Shown here piece by piece: positions 1 through 13,222 of a DNA stretch of 64,000 nucleotides. The DNA is from Scyliorhinus canicula. Taxonomy: Eukaryota. The DNA lies in assembly GCF_902713615.1 (NCBI RefSeq), contig NC_052172.1, positions 5,995,337-6,059,336 of the forward strand, read 5' to 3'. The notes beneath the pieces are model-generated. The model saw only the letters and a program-made list of their open reading frames with translations, did not search any database and was not told the DNA's origin. The translations under genes were made by a program, and so were the position numbers. Each line of letters starts with the position of its first letter. The first letter of the stretch is position 1.

Positions 1-300
1 GCCCTCCATAGCGCGTTGAAAAATAGCGCAGGCAGAGGATACTCCAAAGAGCAGACGTGTATATTCTTACAGTGTATTAATCGTTACATATGGCCGTGAG
101 GCAGGGTCCAGCTCCAACTGCAGGTAGGCGTGACTCATATCTAATTTTGTGAACGAGACTCCGCCTGCAAGCTTCGCCTAGAGGTCCTCTATGCGAGGCA
201 TTGGGTATCGGTCGAGTCGGGAAGCCGTATTCACTGTAGGTTTATAGTCGCCGCACAAGCGACCTGTGGCATCTGGCTTCATTACAGGTACACACTCTCA
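1..300 (-). mobile_element. Gypsy LTR-retrotransposon reverse transcriptase fragment (degenerate)
   Basis: Manual minus-strand translation gives PVMKPDATGRLCGDYKPTVNTASRLDRYPMPRIEDL*AKLAGGVSFTKLDMSHAYLQLELD...FGVSSACAIFQRAM, the typical Ty3/Gypsy RT motifs, with stops. Confidence 0.85.
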
Positions 301-494
301 AGGCAGTTTATTCCCGAACTTATCCACTCGCTGTGTAAAAGACATTTTTCCTCATGCCGCTGTTGCCAATCATCTCAAATCTGCCGTCCAGTTTCAATCC
401 TTCCACTAATGGGAACAGTTTCTCGCTATCAACTCTGTCCAGCCCCCCTCATCAAATCTTCTCCTAATTTTTGCTTTTCCAAAGACAACAGTGA

Positions 495-566
495 TCCTCA
501 TTAATACAGCAGTTAGTAACCCCGCCTGTCATACGCGAGACCGGGGTTCAATTCCCCAAAGGGGAG
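495..566 (+). tRNA. tRNA-Asp(GTC)-derived pseudogene
   Basis: 72 nt, TCCTCATTAATACAGCAGTTAGTAACCCCGCCTGTCATACGCGAGACCGGGGTTCAATTCCCCAAAGGGGAG, colinear with the vertebrate tRNA-Asp-GTC. Anticodon arm and B box are kept; the A box and acceptor stem carry substitutions. Confidence 0.8.
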
Positions 567-752
567 ATTTGGATTTGTCCAGAAAAAGCTCCAATCTGTC
601 TGGAGAACTGTAGGTCCTCATGCCTGGGACCATTCTCAGAAATCGTTTGTACACCCACTCCAGCCTTCACATCATTCCTAAAGTTTGCTGCCCAGAACTG
701 GATACAATACTCCAATTGAGACTGAATAAGTGTTTTGTACAGGTTCATTTGT

Positions 753-1087
753 GGGCAGCACAGTAGCATGGTGGTTAGCATAAATGCTTCACAGCTCCAG
801 GGTCCCAGGTTCGATTCCCGGCTGGGTCACTGTCTGTGCGGAGTCTGCACGTCCTCCCCGTGTGTGCGTGGGTTTCCTCCGGGTGCTCCGGTTTCCTCCC
901 ACAGTCCAAAGATGTGCGGGTTAGGTGGATTGGCCATGCTAAATTGCCCGTAGTGTCCTAAAAAGTAAGGTTAAGGGGGGGTGTTACGGGTATAGGGTGG
1001 ATACGTGGGTTTGAGTAGGGTGATCATGGCTCGGCACAACATCGAGGGCTGAAGGACCTGTTCTGTGCTGTACTGTTCTATGTTCTA
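753..1087 (+). mobile_element. HE1/V-SINE-type tRNA-derived SINE, young copy with CR1-like tail
   Basis: tRNA-like head (GTGGTTAGCA...GGTTCGATTCCCGG), central GGGTTTCCTCCGGGTGCTCCGGTTTCCTCCCACAGTCCAAAGA domain and (TGTTCTA)n tail; near-identical to copies at 34528 and 44473. Confidence 0.9.
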
Positions 1088-1444
1088 ACTTCCTTGCTTT
1101 TGTTCTCTACCCCTCTGTTTATGAAGCCCAAGATCCCAGATGCTATATTAAGCTTTCTCTCAACCTGTCTTGCCGCCTTGAATGATTTGTGCACTTGTTC
1201 CCCCAGGTCCACATACTCCTGCACTCTCAGAGAATTATGTTCATTTTATTTTGCCTCTCCACATTCTTCCCATGAAAATGTATCACTTTGCATTTTCTCT
1301 ATTGTTTTATCTACCGTTCGTTTGAAATCCAATAGCAGCATTCAAGAGGACATTGGATAAGGTGTTGAAAGGAAGAAATGTACCAGGTGATGAGAGAAGA
1401 TCGAAGAGTCAGAAGCAGCACGAAAGGACAATGGAGAACTGAAT

Positions 1445-3225
1445 GGGGCGGCACGCTGGCACGGTGGTTAGCACTGCTGCCTCACAGCTCCAAGGAACCG
1501 GGTTTCAATCCAGACTTGGGTCACTGACTGTGCGGAGCCTGCATATTCTCTCCGTGTCTGCATGGGTTTCCTCCGGATACTCCGGTTTCCTCCCACAAGT
1601 GCCGAAAGACGTGCTGTTAGGTAATTTGGACATTCTGAATTCTCCCTCAGTGTACTCGAACAGGCGCCGGAATGTGGCGACTCTAAGATTTTCATAGTAA
1701 CTTCATTGCAGTGATTTTTAAAAGAAATTTAGAGTACCCAATTCATTTTTTTTCCAATTAAGGGGCAATTTAGCCTGGCCAATTCACCTCGCTTGCACAT
1801 TTTTTGGGTTGTGGGGGCAAAACCCACGCAAACACGGGGCGAATGTGCAACGTCCACACGGACAGTGACCCAGAGCCGAGATCGAACCTGGGACCTCGGT
1901 GCCGTGAGGCCATACTGCTAACTCACTGCGCCACCGTGCTGCCCTTTCATTGCAGTGTCAACATAAGCTAATAAAGATTGATAAAAACGTTGTGCAGGTT
2001 ATGTGGATTGACCATGAAACACTGGATTGGGCAGCACAGTAGCATAGTGGCTAGCACAATTGTTTCACAGCTCAAGGGTCCCAGGTTTGATTCCCGGGTG
2101 GGTGACTGCCTGTGTGGAGTCTGCATGTTCTCCCCGTGTCTGCGTGGGTTTCCTCCGCGTGCTCCGCTTTCATCCCAGTCCAAAGATGTGCGGGTTAGGT
2201 GGATTGGCCATGCTAAATTGCCCTTAGTGTTCAAAAAGGTTATGTGGGGGTTGCCGGGTTGTGGGGATAGGATTCCGGCACCTGTTCAGGTACACTGAGG
2301 GAGAATTCAGAATGTCCAAATTACCCAACAGCACGTCTTTCGGCACTTGTGCGATGAAACCGGAGTATCTGGAGGAAACCCATGCAGACACGGAGAGAAT
2401 ATGCAGGCTCCGCACAGACAGTGACCCAAGTCCGGATGGAAACCCGGTTCCTTGGAGCTGTGAGGCAGCAGTGCTAACCACCGTGCCAGCGTGCCGCCCC
2501 ATTCAGTTCTCCATTGCCCTTTCGTGCTGCTTTCTGGCTCCCCGATCTTCTCTCATCGCCTGGTACATTTCTTCCTTTCAACAAGCGAAATTTAGTCAGC
2601 ACGGTAGCATTGTGGATAGCACAATCGCTTCACAGCTCCAGGTTCGATTCCGGCTTGGGTCACTGTCTGTGTGGAGTCTGCACATCCTCCCCGTGTGTGC
2701 GTGGGTTTCCTCCGGGTGCTCCGGTTTCCTCCCACAGTCCAACGATGTGCAGGTTAGGTGGATTGGCCATGATAAATTGCCCTTAGTGTTGGGTGGGGTG
2801 ACTGGGTTATGGGGATAGGGTGGAGGTGTTGACCGTGGGTACGGTGCTCTTTCCAGGAGCCGGTGCAGACTCGATGGGCCGACTGGCCTCCTTCTGCACT
2901 GTAAATTCTATGACCTGATCCAATGTCCTCTTGAATGCTGCTATTGGATTTCAAACAAACGTGGGCTTGAGTGGGTTGCTCTTTTGCAAGGGCCGGTACA
3001 GACTCGATGGGCCAAATGGCCTCCTTCTGCACTGTAAATTCTAAATTCATGTTAAATTGCCCTTAGTGTCCAAAAGTTTAGATACATAGAAGATAGGATC
3101 AGGAGGAGGCCTTTACGCCCTTGGTTAGGTAAGGTTACTGGGTTCCAGGATAGTGTGGGCTTAAGTAGAGTGCTCTTTCCAAAGGCCGGTGCGGACTCGA
3201 TGGGCCAAATGGCCTCCCTCATAGG
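1445..3225. mobile_element. Cluster of about five SINE copies in both orientations (approx. 1445-1712 +, 1716-1944 -, 2029-2265 +, 2266-2500 -, 2598-2915 +) plus extra tail fragments
   Basis: Repeated V-SINE head and core motifs on alternating strands. Confidence 0.85.
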
Positions 3226-3269
3226 GATTGTGTGGTTACCTTGCTCATGCTAAAGTCATGGGTGAGCTC

Positions 3270-3620
3270 CCTACCCAGAATGCAGCTGGGGGGAAAGGCC
3301 GCACTGCGCAGGCGCGGCTAGTGGGAACCCGGCAGCTGAGCGCGAACGCTACGGCGCCACCGAGTTTCCGGGAGGCGCGCGATGCCGGTCTCCAGCGCAT
3401 CGTAAACGCGGTGGTTTAGTGCCCACCTCTCCCTCTAATCGAGCCGCCTTTTCCCGGTGTCTCCTGTTCCGAGACGGACTGACAACAAAGGAGCCGCCCA
3501 GAATGCACCGCGGCCGGCATTGGGACACATGCGCGGGCCATCAGCGCCTTGGATAGAGCGGTTTCTGGCGCGCAGGGCATTGTGGGAGATGCCGTCGCCA
3601 TTACCCAGCAGCTATCGTGT
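3270..3620 (+). promoter_or_regulatory. CpG-rich promoter-like island with three ZNF143/Staf-type sites and an NRF1-like site; probable promoter of the downstream ZNF gene
   Basis: Dense CpG. TACCCAGAATGCAGCTGG (3272-3289), CGCCCAGAATGCACCGCG (3495-3512), CTCCCACAATGCCCTGCG on the minus strand (3571-3588), TGCGCAGGCGCG (3305-3316). Candidate splice donor AAG|GTAAAA at 3790/3791. Confidence 0.6.
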
Positions 3621-3909
3621 TTCATTGCAGACTGGGCTGGAGATGTGGAGCTGCAGCTGTTGGGTTGCGGTGAACTGAACCCTGTGAGCCCGACAGCGTT
3701 CATTAATTTTACCTGTGAAATGGTTCAGGGAGATAGGTCCTGGGAGAGATTGGTTTGTGAAACAGGCACTGTCCCTGTCATCTTACAAAGGTAAAAGAGC
3801 CTTTTAATCCATTTAATGCACACAGATTTTAAAAAATTAGTTTGAGTATTGCTGACAAACTTTTCGTCTTGCTCTCCCCAGGACAGCTTGCAAGGAAACA
3901 ATTTATTCT

Positions 3910-5590
3910 GTGATAATTTCATAGCATTTACAGTACCGAAGGAGGCCATTCGGCCCATCGAGTCTGCACCAGCTCCTGGAAAGTGCACTCTACCCAAGGT
4001 GAACACTTCCACCCTATCCCTATAACCCAACCCAACACTAAGGGCAATTTTGGACATTAAGGGCAATTTATCATGGCCAATCCACCTAACCTGCACATCT
4101 TTGGACTGTGGGAGGAAACCGGAGCATCCGGAGGAAACCCACGCACACACGGGGAGGATGTGCAGACTCCGCACAGACAGTGACCCAAGCCAGAATCGAA
4201 CCTCGGACCCTGGAGCTGTGAAGCGATTGTGCTATCCACAATGCTACCGTGCTGTGATGTGGAGGTGCCGGCGTTGGACTGGGGTGAGCACAGTCAGAAG
4301 TCTTACAACACCAGGTTAAAGTCCAACATGTTTGTTTCAAACACTAGCTTTCGGAGCACTGCTCCTTTCTGTGTGTGAGAGAGTGCATGTTGGCCTGAAG
4401 TTAACTCTTGATAAAGATTGGTAGAGGTGTGGCTCTGGGGAATGCAGCACCAAACTGTTAACTGTGGAGGTTTTCGTTCAAATTCAAGCAAGGCGTTGCT
4501 GTGGCAAATGACCCAGGGAATGCCTATCTCCCACGTTTTTGTTAAATTGCAAGTGGTGCAATGCTTGGACATACTCCTTCTGTCCATGAAGGACAAGATT
4601 CTGCATGTGAATATCTAGATTCTAGCATGCGTAGGTGCGCCACACTGCGAGCCTGACTGATAATTATAAATTTGTTGGCAGTGTAATTCTTGGTACAATG
4701 AGGATTTTTAAATGTGCGTTGTCCAAGCACAGAATCATGCTTAATGTTGGACACGATGTTTTGAGTTTTGCAAATTCTGTGCTTTGGGTACAGCCTGGGG
4801 CTAAAGCTGAAATGAAATGCAGTTTGATATAATCTGCCAGTCATGGGATGTAGGGCCTTTCATATTTTCATGGCCTTGCATATTGATAACAATACTGTGT
4901 CCATGTGCTTGTTCAACATTGCTCGCACCAATGTACTGCTCAAGGAAGCCGTAGAATCCTTACAGTGCAGAAGGAGGCCATTTGGTCTGCACTGACCCTC
5001 GGAAAGTGCACCCTACCTCGGCCTATCGGAGGAAACGCATGCAGACATGGAGAGAAGGTGCAAACTTCACACAGACAGTCACCAAAGGCCGGAATTCAAA
5101 CTGGGTCCCTGGCCCTATGAGGCAGCTATGCTACCCACTGACCATTTCTCTGTATCATGATGATTTGGACACACTCCCAATGTCTGAATCTGTATTCATT
5201 GAACTTATACACTCTGTTAGTAGTTGAGTTGAGTTTTAACAAAACCATGTATCCCAAGTAAATGGTGTTGCTGTGAGATCCCCTCTAGGACCTGCTCTTG
5301 CGAACAAGCTTTGTTGGTTTCCACAGGAAATGCATTTTCTTTTGTTTTAAAAAGTATTTTAGCCCAAACATGTTCAACATTGAAACACAATCTTAATATC
5401 CAACAGGACGACGCAGTGGCACAGTGGTTAGCACTACTGTCTCACAGCGCCAGGGACCAGGTTCGATTCTGGCTTCAGGTGACTGACTGTGTGGAGTTTG
5501 TACGTTCTCCCTGTGTCTGTGTGGGTTTCCTCCGGGTGCTCCGGTTTCCTCCCACAGTCGAAATATGTGCAGATTAGGTGGATTGACGAT
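3910..5590. mobile_element. SINE copies (approx. 3910-4252 -, 4955-5140 -, 5405-5590 +)
   Basis: V-SINE head and core motifs. Confidence 0.8.
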
Positions 5591-7130
5591 GGTCAAGTGA
5601 GCAAACACCTGGGACTGCTTAACCGGCCCAGTTAGCTGGTGGCCAATCCATGTCACGACTCTCAGTGGAGGCCTCTTGCCCCCCCCCCCCGAATCCGTCA
5701 TCATCATCCTTGGGCTCTGCAACCCACCCACACCCTTTCCCTCTCTTAATTGGACCCACCCAAGATGGTCCCACGCCCCGTCCATGCCCAAACGTATCGG
5801 ATATAGGCCGTGTTGCCTCACCACCCATCCCCCCCCTACCCAGGCTAACCACCGCAGCCCCTCCCCCACTTCACTTCCGTTCAGGAGAATTTCTTGCTCG
5901 TGTGGCAACTCCCACCTGTAGGCCTTAAACTAAAGATCACCTTCACCACCACCTCTACCCACCCCCCGTCTCTCCTGCACCCCCCCTTTTGTTTCTCTAC
6001 AGCTCTTCCCGGCCCCTCCCCCAGTACCCTGCACCTAACCCAATGCAAGAAATATCACCCCAAAATATCCCACAAACAGAACATTCTCGACCTGGCCCGC
6101 CACCCCAACCCATGACAACCCCTCATGCACAAGGGAAATAACAAAAACAGAAAGAGCATAACAAAGAGAGTATAATGCAATTGAACATCATACCCCCAGC
6201 ACTGAAGGCCCCCCCCCCTCTGAAAAAGCAGCAATTTAACTTCAGTACAAAAAAGGGAGGTGGGGTGCAACCAGCCCTATATATCAACCTTTCCCAATCG
6301 GTAAAAAAAAACATGGGACAAAACTTAACATTGATAGAACTTCCACCCGCGTTTCCCTTCTAGCCCTCCCCCAGCTTATGTTCCTTATTAAAATTTGCTG
6401 GTGTTCCAAAATGATATTCCTGGCCCTCGACAGTGACCAGTGACCAAAGTTTGGCCACTACAACACCCCAAACCGACTCTGTCGCCGATACGACACTGCC
6501 TCAGTCTTATTCAACGCCGCCCGTCGCTTGACCAACTCTGCACTGATAAACCTGGATTCGATCTCCTTCCCAATCGCAATGCTGCTGTGCGATGGCCTAC
6601 CTCAGGATCTTTTCCTTGTCCTGGAACTTGTGCATATTCACAATCACCGCCCGTAGTGGCTTCCTTCGGGCACTTTGCTTCTGCCTCAGGGACCTATGGG
6701 CCTGATCCACCTCCGGGGCCTTGTCAAGCACCTTTTCCACCAACCCGCCAGCATCCTCGTGACGTAGCCCGTTCCACTTGTTCCCTCCACTCACTTTGGT
6801 AGGACCACAATCCGAAGATACTGCCGCCTGGACCTGTTCTCCTGGTCCTCCATCTTTGCTCCATTGGCAGTTTCCCAGTCGACGATGAGCCTTTCCACTC
6901 TGCCATTTTTCAAATTGATGCTGTGCCACGAGTCTCTTTAACCATGGCTGTCACTATATCCTGTCAAGTTTGATACCCCATACACATGCCTATCCGGGGA
7001 AGAACTGATCCCCTCCACTCACCGCACAACCTTTTTGCCAAAATTCCCCAAAATTCGGGTAAAATGGACCAAAAGCAATGCCTCTGGTCAGGAGCCACCC
7101 TGTGTGCAACCACTCGCTCCATGGCCTCCA
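5590..7130 (-). mobile_element. L1-clade LINE 5' fragment (ORF1 remnant, inter-ORF spacer, start of ORF2 endonuclease)
   Basis: ORF 6597..6929 contains LDKAPEVDQAHRSLRQK...RAVIVNMHKFQDKEKILR (L1 ORF1 type). ORF 5393..5908 contains PPLRVVTWIGHQLTGPVKQSQVFAHL, a decayed LITWNVRGLNGPVK endonuclease start. Confidence 0.75.
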
Positions 7131-7239
7131 CCCAGGAAACATATTTTCAATGGAATGACAATAAACCTCCTCCCCACTGCATATTTTTGATTTGTAGCTA
7201 ATATATTTTCAGTATTTGAATCTACAGCTGCATGTCCAA

Positions 7240-8175
7240 ATTTCCTTACACACCTCAATGGGCTCCACCTTGTGCTCAAATTCACCTTTGAAACAACTGT
7301 CAAATTAGCTCTCTTTCGTCAAATAGTTGATAATCTGCCAGTGGACTCTCTACTAATGTCGACCGCAAGCCCACCTTCACTGGTCAATATACGGGTTGGG
7401 ATTTCAGTGCAGAAGGCGGCCTTTCAGCCCATCAAGTCTGCACCGACCCTCCGAAAGAGCATCCTACCCAGGCCCACTCCCCAATCCCATCCCTGTAACG
7501 CCACCTAACCTCCACATCGTTGGACACTAATGGGGCAATTTATCATGACCAATCCACTGTGGTAGGAAACCGGAGCACCTGGAGGAAACCCACGCAGTCA
7601 AGGGGAGAACGTGCAGACTCCACACAGGCAGTCATCCAAGGCCGGCATCGAACCCGGGTCCCTGACGCTGTGAGGCAGCAGTGCTAACCACTCTGCCACC
7701 GTGCTGCCCATTCTCACCGTTCCATACACTATAAGGTTGGCCTTATCAGCATTCTCCTAAATAAGGGTTGAGCCATTTGCTCACTGTGCAAGCTTGATGC
7801 TGAAAAAGGGTCGCATCAAAGATGTCTTGCGGGGTAATGGCTACCCAGATCAGACCATTGCTCACTGTAGATCGCGTAAACTCATGAATGCATCTAAGGC
7901 CGCCAATTTTAGCTCCTGGAAAGTTCCCAGTCTAGCTCAGATTACCCGAGAAGTGTGAGGCGCCTAAAAGATTTGAACAATGTGTGAAGCTAGTTGTTTC
8001 ACACTGCTACGATTCCTCAGCTACACGAGCGATGTTATCCACTCACAGGCTTCTGCCTTCAAGTCAAAAGAACATTCTGCCTACCACACAATGTATAATG
8101 TGAATTCTTGAGCCCATATGATGCCAGGTATGTAGACCGTCCGTCCAGTGACTGCCAGATCGTATCAAACCATAT
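7240..8175 (+). mobile_element. Penelope-like element remnant (RT C-terminus to GIY-YIG), interrupted by a minus-strand SINE at about 7406-7710
   Basis: Frameshifted translation includes FLTHLNGLHLVLKFTFE, RKPTFTGQYT, LRGNGYPDQ, LLPSSQKNILPTTQ and YDARYV, characteristic of vertebrate Penelope-like RT/GIY-YIG proteins. Confidence 0.7.
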
Positions 8176-8656
8176 GTCCCTTCAGCTGGGCGCAACAAGC
8201 AAAGTTTTCCTGGCACCAGTTCCACAGATTCCCATTTCATTAAGTTCAGTTGCACACCCTGCTTTTGTATTTTTCTTCCTGCTCACCTCTTTTTCCTGTC
8301 CTAATTTCATTTTACAGAGTATCTGAAGGGGATCTTTTGGAGACCGGAAACTTTGCAACGCCTCAAGGTCTGACAGAGTCACTTGAAAAATCAGGAGCGT
8401 TGGCCTTTAAATGTAGAATGAAAAAGTGTTTGTCCTGTCGATGGGAAAGGCTTTCAAACATCAGTTTGACTGGAAACCCCAGACGCACACCCTCCAGTCA
8501 GAGTGTTCCAGCGCACTGACTGGAAAAAGCTTTTGAAAACAGTGACACAACCAGACAAAAGCATTGTGTCATTGTCGACGTGGTGAAAGTTGTCCTGTTT
8601 GTGGATGAGGCCTGAACTGATAATCCAACCTGGAGAGACACAAGGATTGCTGCACC

Positions 8657-9247
8657 ATGGAGAAACCATGGAAATGTGGGGACTGCGGGAAGGGATTTAA
8701 CTACCCCTCCAAGCTGGAAACCCATCGACGCAGCCACACTGGGGAGAGACCGTTCACCTGCTCCCTGTGTGGGAAGGGATTCACTCTGTTGTCAAACCTC
8801 CAGACGCACCAGAGAGTTCACACCGGGGAGAGACCGTTCACCTGCACTGAATGTGGACAGGGATTCACTACCTTATCCAACTTGCTGAAGCACCAACGCA
8901 TTCACACGGATCAGAGACCGTTTAAGTGTTCTGACTGCGTGAAGAGCTTTAAGAGCAGAAATGAACTGCTGACGCACCGGCGCACCCACACTGGGGAGAG
9001 GCCGTTTAGCTGCTCCCTGTGTGGGAAGGGATTCACTCAGTTGTCACACCTTCTGAGGCACCAGCGGGTTCACACTGGGGAGAAGCCATTCAGTTGCCTG
9101 GTGTGCGGGAAGGGATTTGCTAATTCCTCTGAGCTTCTTAGACACCAGCCAGTTCACACTCGGGAGAGACCGTTCACCTGCTCTGTGTGTGGGAAGGGAT
9201 TCACTCGATCGTTCACTCTGCTCAAACACCATCGAGTTCACAAGTGA
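8657..9247 (+). CDS. C2H2 zinc-finger protein, 7 tandem fingers, 196 aa, no effector domain seen
   Basis: Seven C-x2-C-x12-H-x3-H units joined by TGERPF/TGEKPF linkers. Exon acceptor (ctaat branch, pyrimidine tract, TTTACAG) at 8317/8318. In-frame stop at 8621-8623 upstream of the ATG. Confidence 0.85.
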   Translation: MEKPWKCGDCGKGFNYPSKLETHRRSHTGERPFTCSLCGKGFTLLSNLQTHQRVHTGERPFTCTECGQGFTTLSNLLKHQRIHTDQRPFKCSDCVKSFKSRNELLTHRRTHTGERPFSCSLCGKGFTQLSHLLRHQRVHTGEKPFSCLVCGKGFANSSELLRHQPVHTRERPFTCSVCGKGFTRSFTLLKHHRVHK

Positions 9248-9660
9248 CAGCAGGGGTTGGGTTCTGCTGTTTCCCTGTTGTTAATCATAGACTGGAGTGA
9301 ATCATTTTCATTGTGCCAGGTGAACAAGAGTAGCCCATTCAGCCCCTTGAGCATGTTCTAGTATTCAATACGATCAGGGCTAACTCCATGTACCCAAATT
9401 TGCCCCAAATCCCTCGCTACCTTTCTTCTGATCTTGGAACCCAGGGTGGGAGCAGACTTCAGAAGTACCTAGTATAACTCAGGCTCAAAACAACTACTGA
9501 ATATCCAAGAGAGAGAGGAATCAGTGAATATAGAATTGAACCCAGCCAGAGTTAGCACTGTATGGGCAGAAGAGTTTCAGTACGGAGGGAGCTTTACCTT
9601 GTATCTAATCCACGCTATACCAACCTTGTAAGTATTTTATAGGTCAATGCAAACGACGTT

Positions 9661-10346
9661 GGGCGGAATTTTCCGCTGGGTCCAAAAATTGCGGAGGCCT
9701 TCGTGAACTCGGCCGAGGTTCACGACTGCCTCGGGGGCTGCTCCCCGCACCTAATTCACCCCCACTCGGGGGGCTAGGAGCGGGCCCCCGTCGTTCCCGG
9801 CCGCGACCTTGTCGTGCCGGAAATGACGCCCGAACGACGCATCTCTGATGTCATCCGCGTATGCGCAGGTTGCCAGTTCCAACCTGCGCATGCGCGGATG
9901 ACATCAGCCGTCTTTCTCCACCGCCGCCCGGCAAAACGTGGCGGCTTGATCTTGCCGGGCAGCGGAGGGGAAAGAGTGCGTCCGTTTTGGACGCAGGCCT
10001 GACGATCGGTGGGCACCGATCGCGGGCCTGTCCCCTCCGGAGCACAGTTGCGGTGCTCCCGTCCAAATCGGGCCCCTGGATGCCCCAAACGGGCATCTGG
10101 CACCCGTTTCACGAATGCAGCGACCAGGTGTGGTTGCTGCCGTGGTGAAACGGGCGTGTAGGGACGTCCGCTCGGCCCATCGGGCTCGGAGAATCGCCGT
10201 TCGCCGTGAAAAACGGCTCGCGGCGATTTTTCCGAGTTTGGGGGGGGGGGGGAGAGAATCGCTGGGGGCGCCAGGGGGGCATAAAAAATGTCGGGAGGCC
10301 CTCCCACGATTTTCCCACGCCAGGTGGGGAGCGGAGAATTCCGCCC
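9661..10346. mobile_element. GC-rich non-autonomous DNA transposon (MITE), PIF/Harbinger-like
   Basis: TIRs GGGCGGAATTTTCCGCT / AGCGGAGAATTCCGCCC (1 mismatch in 17); 3-bp TSD GTT on both sides (9658-9660, 10347-10349). Confidence 0.8.
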
Positions 10347-11159
10347 GTTAACTCTGTAACCTGTGCAGTACCTCCCATGGCCTGTTTGATGTGGCAGTCA
10401 ATGGCGAGCTTTACACTGTATCTGCCCCATGCTAATCATCCAGTCAAATTGTCCAGGCTAATAATAAACTATTTTGATTCGATATTTAATTTTCAAACGT
10501 TGTATATGTTGGACAGACTCTGAATATATTTGAGTTGCTTCAGCGGAATTGACAGGCATGTGTCCCAGTCACAGGGTTCATGAGTCATTGAACTTTGTGT
10601 GTGGGGTGACAGAGAACATACAATGCAGAAACAGGCCATTCAGTTCAGTCAGTCTGTGCTAGTATTCAGACACCATATTCGCCTTCCTTTCTATCTGTTT
10701 GATCTCAGCCTTTCCACTTGCTTTTCTGTTCCCTTTCCCTCGTGCACTTGTTTAGTTTCATTTTGAAAGCATCTCTGCTATTTGTCTCAACCGTTTCCTA
10801 TGCTTGTCAGTTCTACATTCTAAACACGCTTGGAGTAAATACATTTCGCCCTAATTTCTCTATTGGACTGTATTTGGGGCAGTTTCTTAGAACAATATAT
10901 TCTAGGACCAATCAGTGATCAGGCAATTTTAAACCTTAATTAATTATCTCATGATAAAAGGGTCTCTACATGGGTAACAGTGACCATAACATGGTAGAAT
11001 TTCAGATTAGGTTTGAGGGTGAGAAATGTGGGTTTAATACTAGTGGCTTAAACTCAAAAACAAATACCAAGGTATGAAGACAGAGTTGACGAACGTGGAC
11101 TGGGAAACTAGTTAAAAGGTAAGATAGTAGAAAAGCCGGTGTAGAATCAGTTTGGGTGG

Positions 11160-13191
11160 AGATAATAATAATCTTTATTGTCACAAGTAGCCTTACATTA
11201 ACACTGCAATGAAGTTACTGTGATAAGCCCCTAGTCGCCACAGTCTGGTGCCTGTTCGGGTACACGGGGAGAATTCAGAGTGTCCTAATTACCTAACAAG
11301 CACATATTTCGGGACTCGTGGGAGGAAATTGAAGCACCCGGAGGAAACCCACGCAGGCATGGGGAGAACGTGCAAACTCCGCACAAACAGTGACCTAAGC
11401 TGGGAATCGAACCTGGGACCCTTGCGCTGTTATGCAACAGTGCTAACCACTGCGCTACTGTGCCAGTGCAAGACAGCAAGGGGCCTGTAAGAAAGTTACT
11501 AAATAATTGTGGGTGATTATAATCATCTTATTGATGGGAGAATTCAAATGGTAAAGGTAGCTTTGAGGATGTATTCAGGACAGTTCCATACAACACTAAG
11601 TTCGACAACCAACAAAAGAACAGGCTATTTTAGACTAGGTAACGTAATTAATTCATTTAATCTGTTGTGTTCTTTTTATTAATTAACCTTTGAAGTTAAC
11701 GGGCCAAGATACCCATTACCTAGATTTTAATTATCATGGAATCCAGACAGTGCAGAAGGAAGCCATTCGGCTCATCGAGACTGCATTGGCCCTTGAAAAG
11801 AGCACCCTACCTAGGTCCAAACCCCACACTATCCCCATACCCCACCTAGGGCCAGTTTAGCGTGGCCAATCCACCTAACCTGCACATCTTTGGACTGTGG
11901 GAGGAGAACGGAGCACCCGGAGGAAACCCACGCAGACACGGGGAGAACGTGCAGACTCCGCACAGACAGTCACCTGAGGTCGGAATTGAACAACAAAGAA
12001 CAAAGAAAAGTACAGCACAGGAACAGGCCCTTCGGCCCTCCAAGCCCGTGCCAACCATGCTGCCCGACTAAACTAAAATCTTCTACGCTTCCTGGGTCCG
12101 TATCCCTCTATTCCCATTCTATTCATGTATTTGTCAAGATGCCCCTGAAATGTCACTATTGTCCCTGCTTCCACCACCTCCTCCGGCAGCGAGTTCCAGG
12201 CACCCACTACCTTCTGTGTAAAAAAGAAAAACTTGCCTCGTACATCTCCTCTAAACCTTGCCCCTCGTAACTTAAACCTATGCCCCCTAGTAATTGACCC
12301 CTCTACCCTGGGGAAAAGCCTCTGACTATCCATTCTGTCTATGCCCCTCATAATTTTGTAGACCTCCATCAGGTCGCCCCCCAACCTCCGTCGTTCCAGT
12401 GAGAACAAACCGAGTTTATTCAACCGCTCCTCATAGTTAAAGCCCTCCATACCAGGCAACATCCTGGTAAATCTCTTCTGCACCCTCTCTAAAGCCTCCA
12501 CATCCTTCTGGTAGTGTGGCGACCAGAATTGAACACTATACTCCAAGTGTGGCCTAACTAAGGTTCTGTTCAGCTGCAGGGGTCCCTGGCACTGTGAGGC
12601 AGCAGTGCTAACCACTATGTCACCGTGCCGCTCCAGTTATCCTACTATCCCACTTCCCAAATGTTATCCACACTTACAAAGCAGAACGTCTCTTGAGTGA
12701 GATAAAAGTACAACAAAACATATACGTGTACAGATTTAACTGGGTTTACAATCGCACGAGTTGAAAAGACACATTTTCTAATTCAGCACTTATCATAATA
12801 AGCCACGACTGATTATATCGGGGGAACCTAAATAGCCCGATACCACCACCTCACTGTCACGAGATTAGATTGTCACTAAAATGACAACACATACTGTGTC
12901 CACCCATCGTTCCCCCCGGACTAGAGCTGCCTCACGGTCGGCATCATGGGTCTATGAAGGCAAGGTTGTCCTGTGTCGGCCATCCTGAATTCCAGTGTTC
13001 CATAGCTGTCAGGAATAGAAGATCCGGTTTTGTGAGAGTTGCCTCAGCAGAACCAGTCTGAGTGATCCTGTGAACCAGAGGAACACGTGAGTGGGAAGAG
13101 GCCATTCGATCATAGACTCCTTAGGGTGCAGAAGGAGGCCATTCAGCCCATCGAGTCTGCACCAACCCGCCGAGAGAGCACCCTACCTAAG

Positions 13192-13222
<31 letters not shown>

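Noticed and set aside
1318-2962. About 45-bp inverted match between 1318-1362 and 2917-2962
   Set aside because: Resembles a CR1 3'-end fragment; independent repeat copies are a simpler explanation than a functional hairpin.
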